In this document: in pieces, positions 38,731-52,472 of the stretch
Numbering within the stretch: the stretch's first letter is position 1
Layout of the letters: the number at the start of each line of letters is the position of its first letter
NCBI GenBank assembly: GCA_951406725.2
Contig: OX597830.1
Location: 27,404,001-27,468,000 of the forward strand
DNA from: Octopus vulgaris
Taxonomy: Eukaryota
DNA length: 64,000 nucleotides
Reading direction: 5' to 3'
Notes under the pieces: generated by a model
Told to the model about the DNA's origin: nothing
The model's input: only the letters and a program-made list of their open reading frames with translations
The model's database searches: none
Made by a program: the position numbers and the translations under genes

Positions 38731-39734
38731 TATTTCTAGGTTACCAGTGGGGCAATGGCTATTCAATAGTGAATTAGCAAAACTACAAACAAACTGTATG
38801 TACCTCTGCCATGTACCTCTGTAATCACCCAATAAAGACACTGAGGACAAGAAACTGGAAAACGTAGGCTTTGACACCTTGTTTCTGAAAACAAGCTGGC
38901 GTGGCCATGACGAGAAAACCTCTAATCGGTTCAATCATGGCTGACCTGTTCCTAAACTACAATAACATTGTGAAAGAGCCAATATTTAATTGTTTCTCTC
39001 TACGTTGCCATTATTTTTTTCCTATTTGGAAAACAATAAAAATAATTAGGTATTTAGTAGAGATTACTAGGCCAACTGTAATGAAACCATTTCTCAATAG
39101 ATCTGTTTTATTCCAGTGTCATATCATGCCTATATCTGTGTGTTTGTATAATTAAGGCCTAGCCATGTCTTTCGAGTTTCATAAACTTCCGGACTCGATA
39201 AAATAAAATAAAAGTCAAATTCTGCAGGATAGCTTTAATAGGCAACATTTATGGCTCACTAAAAATTTTAGGCATTGTGGGTTTGATAGAAATCATAATT
39301 AACAGTCAACCTGCGCTAAATAGCAGAATCGGTTGAGCGACTGAAAAAGGCCTTGCTGTATTTAGTTACGTCATAAAGTGAAAACTAAATTCAGAGTTTG
39401 GTGTTAAAATCATGGGGAAGTCGAATTTGCTTTCATCTTATCAAATCTGCTTTTATCTTATCAAAAATTTGCTTTCATCTAATCAAATAGTTGTTTGGAG
39501 AGAAGGTTTTTATATACTGTACTATATCTCGTCATCGGCAATTTATAACTTTTGTGTCAATCACTAACATACTCTCTCTCTCCTTGCTGCTCTCTCTGAT
39601 TCTCACATACACACAAACACGCGCATATACACATGTGTGTATATTTGGTGTTTATCGTGTTACAAAATGGTTTGCTATTATAACTCGTGATTTCTCAGAC
39701 AAGGCAAGAAAGCCAAATAATCGAAATAGTATTG

Positions 39735-40300
39735 GTTAGAAATTTTGATACAAGGCCAGGAAATTTTGGGTGCGGGAGGTGGGGCAGGGGTAATTCGATT
39801 ACATCGACCACAGTGGTCAACTAGTACTTATTTTATCGACCTCAAATGACGAGAGGAAAAGTGGATTTCGGCGGAATTTGAACTCAGAACGTAACGGCAG
39901 ATGAAAGTAGTCGAAATAATATTGTTTCAAATTTTGGCACAAGGCCAGTAATTTCGAGATAATGACTTAGTCGATTACATTGACCCCAATGCTCAGCTAT
40001 CATTTACTTTATCGACCTCGAAAGAATGAAAGACAGCCACAGTATAATTTGAACTCAACGTAAAAACGGACGAAATGCCGCCAAGCAATTTTGGCGCGTG
40101 CTAACGATTCTTCCAGCGCGCCGCCTTAAAAAAAGGAATATTTAATATTAGTTTCAATTTTTGGCACAAGTCCAGTAATTTCGGGGAAGGAGGTAAGTCG
40201 ATCACCTCGACCCCAGTGTACAATCGACCTCGAAAGGATGAAAGGCAAAGTCAACCTCGGCGGAAGTTGAACACAGAACGTAAAAACAGCCGAAAATAAT
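39735..40300 (-). mobile_element. Three tandem degenerate SINE family A copies
   Basis: Repeated ttttg(g/a)(c/t)acaag...tcgattacat(c/t)gacc...ttgaac(t/a)ca(ga)acgtaa units. Confidence 0.8.
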
Positions 40301-40326
40301 CGATATAATATTAATCATCTTTTCAA

Positions 40327-40723
40327 GGCGGCGAGCTGGCAGAAACGTTAGCACGCCGGGCGAAAAACCTAGCGGTATTTCGTCTGCCGTTATGTTCTGA
40401 GTTCAAATTCCGCCGAGGTCGACTTTGCCTTTCATCCTTTCGGGGTCGATAAATTAAGTACCAGTTACGCACTCGGGTCGATGTAATCGACTTAATCCGT
40501 TTGTCTGTCCTTCTTTGTCCTCTCTGTGTTCAATTACTTGTGGATAGTAAAGAAATAGGTATTTCGTCTATCTTTACGTTCTGAGTTCAAATTTCGCCTA
40601 GGTCTGCTTTGCCTTTTATCCTTTCGGTGTCGATAAATTAAGTGCCAGTACCGTTCTTGGGTCGATCTAATCGACTGGCACCCCTTCCCAAAAATTTCGA
40701 GCCTTGTGCCTAGAGTGGAAAAG
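40327..40723 (+). mobile_element. SINE family A, dimeric, with 17-bp TSD
   Basis: Near-consensus head; second unit from ggtatttcgtc (~40558). aatattaatcatctttt at 40307-40323 and 40724-40740. Confidence 0.92.
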
Positions 40724-41507
40724 AATATTAATCATCTTTTTTTACTACTATAAATACAGGGCCAGGAATTCTTTGGTGTGGGAATAGGGGGTTTGTCGAT
40801 GACTTCGAGCCCAACTGGTACTTGCTTTATCGCTCTTAAATACGTGGGAAGCTGAAACTTCAGACTCCAGTAACACAGCATTGTTTTATTTATTTTTCAG
40901 TTTTCTTTTTCTTTTACATCATTCTGTGGTCGTTCCTGTTGCTGTTATTGATTAGTTCAAAGTCTTCCCTGAAAAAGAAAACATCTGATTCAAGTCCATC
41001 CCAACCGTCACCATCTCCTCTTCTTTAGACACCAGTTTCAAGGATCCCTTTATATAACATACTTTGAATGCGGTGAGCAGGTAGAACCGTTTCCTAGAAA
41101 GACAACATCGTCGCATTTCTTCCAGCTCTCTTTGTCCTAAGTTCAAATTCTCCAGAGGTTCTTTTCATCGTTCTGGGGTCGATAACAGGTATTAGATGGA
41201 CTTTGGAGTCGACTACCCTTTCCTCTAAAAATTATTGGTGTTGTGCCCAAATTTGAAACCATCTAAATGTTCTTTTCTTTTAAAAAGCTCTCGCGTTGGT
41301 AAAGCATAGTACTGTAACGTGCAGTGTAGAGAACAGAGTTAACGTCCGGGACAATTCGAAACAGACATTGTAGTTATAGTGGAGTGAAATTTCGCCCGTT
41401 TAAGCCAATAGTGTAGCTAGAGAAACTATTAAAATGTTACGAAATGTTGTTCCTTCTTATATGAGTCTTTGTACTCGACGTAACAAATACTAATATTTCC
41501 ACCTTTA

Positions 41508-41940
41508 AGGTGGCACGCTGGTTGGATCGTTAGCACGTCGGGAAAATTGATTAGCGGCATTTCGTCTGCCTTTACGTTCTGATTTTAAAAATACGCACTT
41601 TGTTCTTCATCCTTTCATCCATTTGGGGTCCATAAAATAAGTACCAACTTAACACCGTAGTCGATGTCATCGACTAACCCGTTCCCATACAATTTCGGGC
41701 CTTGTGCTTATAATAGGAAAGAATATTTTTCACCTTTGAGAACTGGCAGAGTGGTTAGCACAACAGGCAAAATGCCTAGCAGCAGTTTGTCTGTTTCTAC
41801 GTTCTGAGTTCAAACTACGCCCAAGTCGACTTTGCCTTTCATCCTTTCGGAATCAATAAAATAAGTACCATTTGAATACTGGGGTCGATGTAATAGACCC
41901 TTCCCCCGAAATTGCTGGCATTGTGCCGAAATTTGAAGCT
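41508..41940 (+). mobile_element. Two head-to-tail SINE family A copies separated by a TSD-like motif
   Basis: Copies at ~41508-41721 and ~41738-41940. aa(t/c)attt(t)(c/t)(c/t)accttt occurs at ~41492, ~41722 and ~41941. Confidence 0.75.
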
Positions 41941-42882
41941 AACATTTTTTACCTTTATTCAACAAAGTATTCTGATGTGGATGAGAATATTATGGCAAGA
42001 CAAAAACTCAGCAGCCATTTTATGTTGTTACTTTGTTGAAATCAGCCCAAATTGGCAGGGTTATTAGAGACAGTTTGGAGACATTGTTTCGTGGTAATCG
42101 TTCCAGTTCTCTGTGCACTGAGTTCAAATCCTGCTAAACCCAACACTACTTTTCATTCTTCCGGGGTTGATATATAAATACTGGGGTAGATTCTTCTCTT
42201 TCCCTAATACTTTCTTTCTGACTCCCTCTTTCTGGTCAGATCCGGAAAGGTATGTAGGGTCTCTAAAATGCTTGCAGTTCGCTGTATGTCACAATGGTGC
42301 CTCTACGATACCATCAAAGACTTAAGAATCTATGGTAAGTCATGAAATGTATACGTATATTACCGAATGTGCGGTTCTGTTCTTTTAACGATGGTAGGGT
42401 GTGATTATAAGAGCAGTATATCGCTACTATTTCTAGCAGGTCAAGAAATCACATACAGGTTACCTTGCAGCCATTAAATGCATTCTGTATTTGCGTAATG
42501 TTCTTAAGCTTAAAAATGGAATTAACAGATTTGACACTGTGTTAATTAAACTGTTTGATTGAAAAAGGTGGCGAGTCACGATATTATTAGAGTTAATTTT
42601 TGGAAAGGATATTTCGACAAAAACTGATGAGGAAATCGGTAATGTTTCAACATAAAACACTAATAATAACAACAACAACAACTAAAAGCTCGAAGCAAGG
42701 TAGGGAAAAAACAACAAACAAATAAAAACAAGTAAAAGAGAGCAAATTATAACACCTAAAGGAATGCTTTCCCTTATAAATCAATTATGAAATTAATCTT
42801 TTCCATCCTTCGTACCCCGCCACCCCTTTGAAGGAATCTCTTCTCTTTCTTCTGTGTTATCCCTTCCTTTAATGGGGTCCGC

Positions 42883-42916
<34 letters not shown>

Positions 42917-43180
42917 GAGAAAGAAAGAGAAAGAGAGAAAAAGAGAGAGATAGGGAGAGAGAGAGGTGGAGAAAAAGAGAGTGAAAGAGAGATAGAAAGA
43001 GAAAGAGAGAGGGGAGAGAGTGTGTGTGAGATAGAGTGTGAGAGAGTGAGAGGGGGAGAGTGTGTGTGTGAGAGAGAGAAAGAGTGTGTGTATGTGAAAG
43101 AGAGAAAGAGAAGGAAAGCGAGAGGCAAGTATGTGCGAAAGAATCATAGGATGTTGTTTGCGTGTATGTGTTTGTTTGTT

Positions 43181-43260
<80 letters not shown>

Positions 43261-44097
43261 CGCAGTACCGTGCAGGCAGGTAGACATATTGATACCACGG
43301 CAGCGTACACCAACCAATTTGTCATCGAATCCTCACGATTCCGCAACGATTTGTGCTCCAATGTTACCATACGTTGGCACACATCAGCAGTCAAGCAAAT
43401 AAAGAAATCGCATGTTATTTCATCGAACCTGAAAGAAGGAGAGGCAAAGTCGACCGCGGTGGAATTTGAACTCAGAACATAAAACGCTGAGACAAATACT
43501 GCAGGACAATCATTTTAAAGATTGTGTCGAGTGTGATTTAAAGGAACTTCACTTCTTTTACTAGCAGAGATCGAACGACCACGTAGAGGTTTCCTCATCG
43601 ACTCCACAGATTATGTTAAATCTTAACTGGTAACAAACCGAAAGTAAGCGTTTGCCTGCTATTGCTATCAGGTCAAGCAAACGCATAAGGTGGCTTTTCA
43701 GGTCTTCTTTCAGAAAAAAATTACATTCGAATGTAACTCAAAGCTATTGTCCGTACTGTACAGAAAGCATGTCTCTACACGATCCCTTCAGAATAGAATT
43801 GCTGTTACAGTCCAAAGTCCTTTATCCGAATTTCCCAAACCCGAAAGCCTCCAAAATTCGAAAGTTTTTGAATGTATAAGTGTAACATGTCTAACGTTAT
43901 TACTTATACATTACTTGAAAAACGAAATGCAGTCTGTTATCAGCTTTCATTTTAATCACCTGTAATCAGGTCCAATGCTTTTATACCTTACACCTGACAT
44001 AATCACTGTACAGCAAAAAATAAAATAAAATAAAAATGGCGAATGTGTACTGCATCTTATAAAAAGAAACAAGACATTGTTGGTGGAGACTGATAAC

Positions 44098-44166
44098 TGC
44101 TCCAGTAATCGAACCCACACCCTTATTATCCTGAGCCCATTACTCTAACCACTAGTTCAAGGGTTC
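44098..44166 (-). pseudogene. tRNA-like fragment (decayed tRNA or isolated SINE head)
   Basis: Minus strand ttgaactagtggttagagtaatgggctcaggataataagggtgtgggttcgattactggag has A-box and B-box spacing like a tRNA, but the stems are imperfect. Confidence 0.45.
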
Positions 44167-44899
44167 TTATATTTTGATTCTTTAAGCATAGATGATGTCA
44201 TCGGGAGTTTTCTTCATTTAATAAAGTAATTTTTATACATACTCATAGACATCCTTCTACATCAATGTAGATAACCTCTAGTCACTAATATGTAATTATG
44301 TAATAGTTACAAAAACTCTATGCTTCATTGAAAAGGTCTCATAAGACGGAAACATATCCAGAGTTGTCGCATGTAGATGCCAAGATCATATTAATATTAA
44401 CCATTAAGATAAAGCTTTCGTTGCATAAGCTGTATTCATATTTTGCGTGTCCGGTAACTCACTAAATTAGCTGTTATTTTGTGCATGGATGATGTTCTCG
44501 GCTAACTTACCTTTCTCATAACCAGTTTCTCATTTGTTAGGATTTGTTTTATTTTATAGTTTCAAAAATGCAAATAAGATAAACTTGACAAAATTGACAG
44601 AAGGGTACCCCCGACCCCCCAAAAAAAAGTATTACATATATTGCCGTTTTCTTTATACTTCCCATTCACAGACATAACACGGAAGCATACGTGCACATAC
44701 AAATAGAAACCAGCATTAGAAAGCCGCACATACACAAACTGACACTCTCTTGCTGTTTCTCCACCTGTTTCTCTTTCGCTCTCTCTCTCTCTCTCGCATT
44801 CACAAGCATACTTTTATAAATCGTTCAGTATAAATAGTTATATATTACGCAAAATGTTCATATACATTCATTTTATGAAAGCGTTGCACATACTACCCA

Positions 44900-44950
<51 letters not shown>

Positions 44951-45069
44951 GAGTGTGTGTGTCTGTGTGCTTATGTGTGTGCCTGTCTGTATACATATAC
45001 ATATATAAATGCATATACACACACATATATACATATATATATATATGTATATACATATCTATAGATATG

Positions 45070-45112
<43 letters not shown>

Positions 45113-45791
45113 GCGTGTGTGTGTGTACACGCGCACACATCTGCGTATAAAGATATGTGTGTATCACAACAATTTGCAACAAAGAAGAAAAAAAGATACG
45201 AACAAAATATTAAAAAAAAACAACCCAAAAAACACAGACATGTAGACTCACACAAAAAATATAAAACAACAAATAATAATAAATAAAAACAAAAATAACA
45301 AATATAACACTCGCACACACACACACAGGCAGGCAGGAATATATTTGTGTATACACACGCATATATTTATATATAAACTTTAAGTGTCGAACACCATTTA
45401 AACTAATTGTTATATGGTTGAGCAGTTAGTGAGAGTGATAGGCTACAAGCATCAGCGGGCTTCAAAATGAAATTTATAGATTGTCTCTGTAGATAAAGTT
45501 AGTAACGTTTGAAAGTTAAATGTTAAATGTTTAAAAGTAAAATAGAGTGGAAAATAAAAATTAATAACAGAACTAAAGTAAACAAATACGAAAGAATGTA
45601 GTTCTGCCCTTGTTGTTGTTGTTGTTTTTGTTGTTGTTGTTGTAGCTGTGGTGGTCGTTGTTGTTGTTGTTGTTGATCTTGCTCTCTCTCAAATTTCCAC
45701 TCCTGCTTTTATAACACGCACACATGCACACACACTCACATACATACATACATACATACATACATACAAACAAAGAAGCATACATACGTGA

Positions 45792-45930
<139 letters not shown>

Positions 45931-46252
45931 CATACATACAAACATAGATGCATACATACGTGAATACATATATATATATATATATGCATCTATACATATA
46001 TATGTATATATATATATATGTAATGCATACACACATAAACATACATGTATACATAGGTGCATACACACACACACACATATATATACATATATATACACCC
46101 ACATATATAAAGCAAAGAATCTATATGTAAATTTGTGTATATCTACATCTATAGATACATGCATACATATGTTTTGTATGTATGCATCTCTCTCTCTCTC
46201 TCTCTCTGACTGCATGCTTCTGTGTTTGTATGTATGAGTGCGTGTGATATAC

Positions 46253-46290
<38 letters not shown>

Positions 46291-46511
46291 ATGCATATGT
46301 ATGTATGTTATGTATGTATGCATGTATGTATGTGTATATATATATATATATATATATACCCAAACACACAAACACTCACACTCATATGCGTATATATGCA
46401 TATACGTATACATACATATATATAAATACATATTTAGGTATGTACAAATATATATATGTATATGCATATATATATATCTATATATATATGTATACACACA
46501 AATATATATAC

Positions 46512-46549
<38 letters not shown>

Positions 46550-46833
46550 AGTGTATATTGATATCCATATTCCTCAATGTGTAGGCTTAGTCTTTGATGT
46601 TGTTGTCTCCTTTATGGGTCTGTTAGTGTTGTTATATTGTTATTTATTATTTTTCAATTCAGCTTTCTTACCCAGACATCCTTTGTTGCTACTGTTATAG
46701 GGTTACACACACATACACACACACATACACACACTGACTTACACGTATATACAAAGATGTATAAATACATACATATATGTATTCATCCATACACATATAC
46801 CTATACACATACATGCATATATATATATATATA

Positions 46834-46885
<52 letters not shown>

Positions 46886-46985
46886 CATATATATACATAT
46901 ATATATGTATAGGTGTGTGTGCATATATCTGTAGTAGAAGGTTATACATACATACATACATACATACTTACATACATACATACGT

Positions 46986-47062
<77 letters not shown>

Positions 47063-47669
47063 AGTGTATACACACATATATATGCATATGTGTATACAAA
47101 TATTAATTACGTAAAGCAGTGTGTTGCACCTGGTTTCTTTGAATTAAAATTGTTCACTCGGAAATTTCTCGAAAGCTTATTTTTATTGATTTTTTTTTCG
47201 TATCCATTTTATTATTCAGTATGCTACTGTTGTTGTTGTTGTTGCTGCTGTATTTATTCTTGCTGTCTGTGTTGAGCCACTCTGCACTTTACTTTTTATT
47301 TTGTGTGTCAGATACATCTAGGATTACATTTCTTTGTGTACCATGCCCTTACTTTTTTTTCTTTTTTTTATAAAAGACCTCTTGGTAGGATATGATGGTG
47401 ACTTGGGTTGCCATTTTTTCGTTTTGTTGTTTGTGTGACCTTCTAGAAGCTTCTTCATTGAATATAATCTCAACATATCTTTGTTGGCTTTTGTTGCTTA
47501 ACTCCTCTCGAACGATGATCGAGCAACGACTCATCTTGAAATACGTTTCAACGTACACATCCTGAAAGTCTTAGATCAGTTGTTCTCAACTAGGGTTCAC
47601 ATGACCTTTGGTGGTCCATATAAGATTTTGTTGTTAAAAAGTGTTTACATCTGTTATACATCTACAATT

Positions 47670-47857
47670 CTTTTAGTCTATCATTTGTGTCAGTTCTTTG
47701 ACCGCAAATCGACTGCAGGACATATTCTTTGTAAGCCTAGTACTTATTCTATCGGTCTCTCTGGCCGAACCGCTAAGTGATGGGGACGTAAACACACCAG
47801 CATCGATTGTGGGCAAACACAGACACACAAACATATACATACACACACACGCACACA

Positions 47858-47926
<69 letters not shown>

Positions 47927-48088
47927 GACGGGCTTCTTTCAGTTTCCGTCTACGAAATCCACTCACAAGGCTTTGGTCGGTCCGAGGCTATAGTAGAAGA
48001 CACTTGTCCAAGGTGCCATGCAGTGGGACTGAACCCGGAACCATGTGGTTGGTAAGCAAGCTACTTACCACACAGCCACTACTGCACC
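47670..48088 (-). mobile_element. SINE family B
   Basis: Minus strand ggtgcagtagtggctgtgtggtaag...ccgggttcagtcccactgc..., with an internal (TA)n tract and the same core as 55409-55860. Confidence 0.88.
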
Positions 48089-48103
48089 TATAAAAGTGTG
48101 AGA

Positions 48104-48221
48104 CGCTTACAGCCCCTAGGTTTCCCTAGTGGTCACCCATCTAAGTTCTCACTAGGCTCGACGTTGCTTAACTTCGGTGATCGGACGAGAACCGGTGCTT
48201 TCAACGTGATATAGCCGTAAC
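48104..48221 (-). pseudogene. 5S rRNA: Dispersed 5S rRNA pseudogene (near full length)
   Basis: Minus strand gttacggctatatcacgttgaaagcaccggttctcgtccgatcaccgaagttaagcaacgtcgagcctagtgagaacttagatgggtgaccactagggaaacctaggggctgtaagc matches metazoan 5S. Substitutions in the box C region (AGTACTTGGATGGG changed to agaacttagatggg). Solitary, not in a tandem array. Confidence 0.9.
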
Positions 48222-48949
48222 AATTTTTTTATGCAATTCCTAATAATATTTAGTTATAAAAATACAATGGAATTTAAAAATGTCGAATGGCTAGGGGTTG
48301 TCCTGTAGAATGAAATAGGAATGAAAGGGCTTCACAGGCCAAAAATGGTTGAGAGGAATCTAAGAACATATTATCCAGTGTCCTTTTTGTGCAAGACGGT
48401 GGTATATGATGCGAGTGAGATTTCGTTGTTATTAATAGCAAAAGGACAAGATAGATGCTCTTTCGTTGTTCAGTATTTCTGCAGGTTTACAAGGCCTCTG
48501 TAACAGAGAAGAATGTTATACCTTGCTTGGAGCAGTGTGAAACGGACAGAAAGGAGGAGAGCTTCTAACAAAACAAAACGCAAGGTTGCAAAACATTTAT
48601 ATATTTCAGGCACAAAGACTTGAAATATATGAAATTTATGTAGATCCTGCCATTTGGATTGTCGAACGAGCAATGACCTCTGTTTTTCCAATGTGTTATA
48701 GCGGGAGCAGTTACCCCAAAATTGTGTTGTTGGTGGCCGTAGAGGTCATAGTAAGGGCAGTGGTAGATGGTTAACTGTATGCTGGAAGCAGCGGAGGTGG
48801 TATATGCCATGGTAGTAGTCGGTGATGGCATCAGTAGTACATATTCTGGTAGCAGTCAGTTATAAGGTGTTGGTAGGCGACAGCTACAATCATCGTTGTA
48901 GCTGGCAACGGCAGCAATCAACGTTGTAGAACTGGCGGCATGCAACGAT

Positions 48950-49560
48950 TATTTTACAAAATCTCGTGGCTTCTCTCCAGAATACTGAGACTCTTATGTT
49001 TTTCCTGGGATATGTCAGCAGCCCGGACGAGCTCATCAAGCAACTACGCCGACTCAGACCCAGCAGGTACATTTTAAGTCTAGACACAGTCTAGCTATTC
49101 GCCCCGCTGCACGTTCTTCTCGCTGTCAACCTACTGATGAAATGCACCCTTTCATCAGACTTACACTGTTTTGGACTCACCACCTTCGATACCGACTAAT
49201 GTCAGGTATAGTCGCCAACACGCATTTTGATTTTTTCAGCTATACGTGAGAAGTGTTCCGGCGTGTCTACTGGCTATTACTTACATGCGTCTTCTTCACC
49301 AGGCGAGGATGACATTCTCACGCTAACATCCTCTCATGAGGATACCACAGCAACACTCGAGATTTTTAATAAACTAGACCAGGGCATTGAGTACACTATT
49401 GAAGGTTCTGACGATAGATTCCTGTCTCTACTCGAATTTTGATTAAGTATTACGGAAGCAGGGTTGGAAATCGACTCGGTGTTTTACCGAAAAGCAGTCC
49501 AGCGTAGTCTCTTCGTTCACTACAAGTCGACCCTCCCAATGAATGTTAAGACCGGCTGCA
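48950..49560 (+). mobile_element. Penelope-like retroelement RT relic
   Basis: YKISWLLSRILR...DELIKQLRRL...ILSLDTV (motif A-like); EDDILTL...FNKLDQGIEYTIE...LSLLEF (YxDD region); FYRK...LFVHYKSTLPMNVK (Penelope-type thumb). Stops and frameshifts throughout. Confidence 0.75.
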
Positions 49561-49868
49561 TATGATTTTAACATGTTTGGTCGTTGATTGGTGTGTGTAT
49601 ACATATACGTTTATGCGTATGTTGAAGTGTGCATGTTTATATGTATGTAGTTATTTAGTTTTATTTCAAGATTTCAATTAAATAGAGAAAGAACCGATTT
49701 CTAACCTAGATCCAAGGATCATTGGAATTTCAACGACATAAACAGGGTATGTTTGTATGTATGCATGTATATATGTAGGTAGGTATGTTTGTATGTATGC
49801 ATGCATATAGTATGTACGTATGTACGCGTGTATGTACGTTCGTACGTATGTACGTATGTATGTATATA

Positions 49869-50098
49869 GGCGGCGAGCTGGCAGAAACGTTAGCACGCCG
49901 GGCGAAATGCGTTGCCGTATTTCGTCTGCCGTTACGTTCCGAGTTCAAATTCCGCCGAGGTCGACTTTGCTTTTCATCCTTCCGGGGTCGATAAATTAAG
50001 TACCAGTTACGCACTGGGGTCGATGTAATCGACTTAATCCCTTTGTCTGTCCTTGTTTGTCCCCTCTGTGTTTAGCCCCTTGTGGGTAGTAAAGAAAT
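49869..50098 (+). mobile_element. SINE family A monomer (near consensus)
   Basis: ggcggcgagctggcagaaacgttagc...gagttcaaattccgccgaggtcgac...gtagtaaagaaata. Confidence 0.93.
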
Positions 50099-51017
50099 AT
50101 ATATGTAAATACATACATACATATAGATGAGTATGTATCTATATATGTATGTTTGCATGTATGAGAATTTAAATATGTATGTATATACTCTTTTAATTGT
50201 TTATATTATAGTTATACTATTTAGCTCTCTTTAGTTTTGAGCTGCAGGCCCAATTAGCCCTCCACGGAGCGGGACTTTTAAGCTGGTCATTATTAATTAC
50301 ATATTAGTACTCACAGCTTTTGTAAGTTAGACATTATAAGCTCATTTATCTTAATGGTCAAGCTTAAATGCGGATTCCTTGTTTTATTCTTTATCTATAC
50401 TCTTGCCGCCACGTCGTCAGAATCCCTACTCTATTGCTTTGTTTTGATGGCTTTCACTTCCTTGTTCTCTCCGTTTCCCTCCTTCGATGCCTATATTGTT
50501 TCTTTAAAACAACTGATATCCTTTTCTTCTCTAAGTAGCTTGCTGATAATTTATTCCATTGGTCACTTTACCAAACTTCGTTTCCACAGACAATTCTACT
50601 GTGGTCGAAGGCAGAAAATTCTTCACTTTTCTCCTTGCGACAACTTGTAACCCACTCGAAGAAAAGTCATGCTGATTATATATGTTAGACTTTTAAGTTA
50701 CGTAACACATGTTTAGGGTTGCTTGGAAACATATGTAGTAAGGAGTTATCTATTTCATTCCCTACCCCCACACACACACATACACATATACGCACAGTGA
50801 GGTACGTTAACAAACCAAAGAAAGTTGCACTTAATCATGATGAAGAGTAATAAATATCTATTAACAATTGGACAGAAGCACCTCATAGGTGCCGGTATAC
50901 ATCTACATTTTAAATAGTTCGGATTCTGACAATGCATACCTGAAAATCTAGACATATATTTGCACCTACAAAACTTTAAAACTGTGAGTAATGTGCTAGA
51001 TAATGTGAGTCAACATG

Positions 51018-51103
<86 letters not shown>

Positions 51104-51507
51104 TTAAGTATGTATAAAAATTGACAACCTTTGCAGGCATACTCTCTTGGTTGCATTCTTATTTATATTTCGGTATCACTTATTATATCTATTGCCTCAC
51201 ATCTTTTTTTTTTTTTCAAATATTTGAGGTCTACTACATTCCATCCTGTATTTAAACCCTTTAAACGTTGGAATTCCCTACTTAGATAAATTAATCCTGA
51301 CATCCTCTTTATTACTCCCGCCAATATATACCTGCCATGTATTAAATTGTGATTCCTCTCATACCTGTATTTATTAAGATATAATCCTCCTGCTTATATA
51401 TCTACGTATACATTTACCAGCACATATATTTATGTATTTATGGATTTTAGCATTCTTATAAATTGTATACCTCATGTAGATTTACCCTTTTTCATGCATT
51501 TGCATGC

Positions 51508-51575
<68 letters not shown>

Positions 51576-52160
51576 TGTATATCTATGTGTGTGTGAGTGT
51601 GCGTATGCATATATGTATGTACATATATATATGAATGAATATATATATATATATGCATATGTATATATGCATGTATACATATATGAACGTATGTGTATTT
51701 GTATATATATACATATATAAATATACATACGTACATATATATATATATATGTATATGTATATGGTATTATTAATATTTTTGGCAATATTTAATTTGTATT
51801 TGTATTTAAGTGCCTACATCTATTCTGTATTTAAACTTTATTCTCCATCATATGTTTTACACATCTTCAAATATTCACACATAGATGTAGTGGGTTTCTC
51901 AAAATCTACACAGCAATATGATTTTTACACACACACACATATATATATATACGCACAATTTTTCCTACTTGTCACCCAAACAATTATGATTATCATCTAA
52001 ACAATTAACTTACCTTAGTTATATCCCATCTCGTAACTGCTCTCCGGAAGTTCATATATACTTTAATTCTGCCATTACTTTATAATCTTGAATGCATATA
52101 TATCCATATGTGGGTGTGTGTATATGCGCGTGTATGTGTGTATATATACTCATACGTACA

Positions 52161-52217
<57 letters not shown>

Positions 52218-52435
52218 TATATTTATATACATGTATGTATGTATATGTATATATATATACATATATATCGCAATATTCCTTTATTTTAATTTTTAATATC
52301 ATTAAGTTTAATGATTCCTTTTACATGGCCATTTACCTTAATTTTTTTATTCCAACAAAAGCAAATATAAAATAAAATGAAAAGAAAATGGTAAGCTACA
52401 CTAATTTATTTTAATAATATTCTTTTAACATTTAA

Positions 52436-52472
<37 letters not shown>

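Larger units (their letters stand above)
47577..48361. mobile_element. hAT-type MITE remnant split by SINE-B and 5S insertions
   Basis: Left end CAGTTGTTCTCAAC (47577-47590) and right end aaaatgGTTGAGA (48348-48354) resemble CAGTGGTTCTCAAC/GTTGAGAACCACTG hAT termini. Confidence 0.5.

Noticed and set aside
48104-48221. Functional 5S rRNA gene
   Set aside because: Solitary copy with substitutions in the internal control region and an altered 5' end, so it is called a pseudogene.
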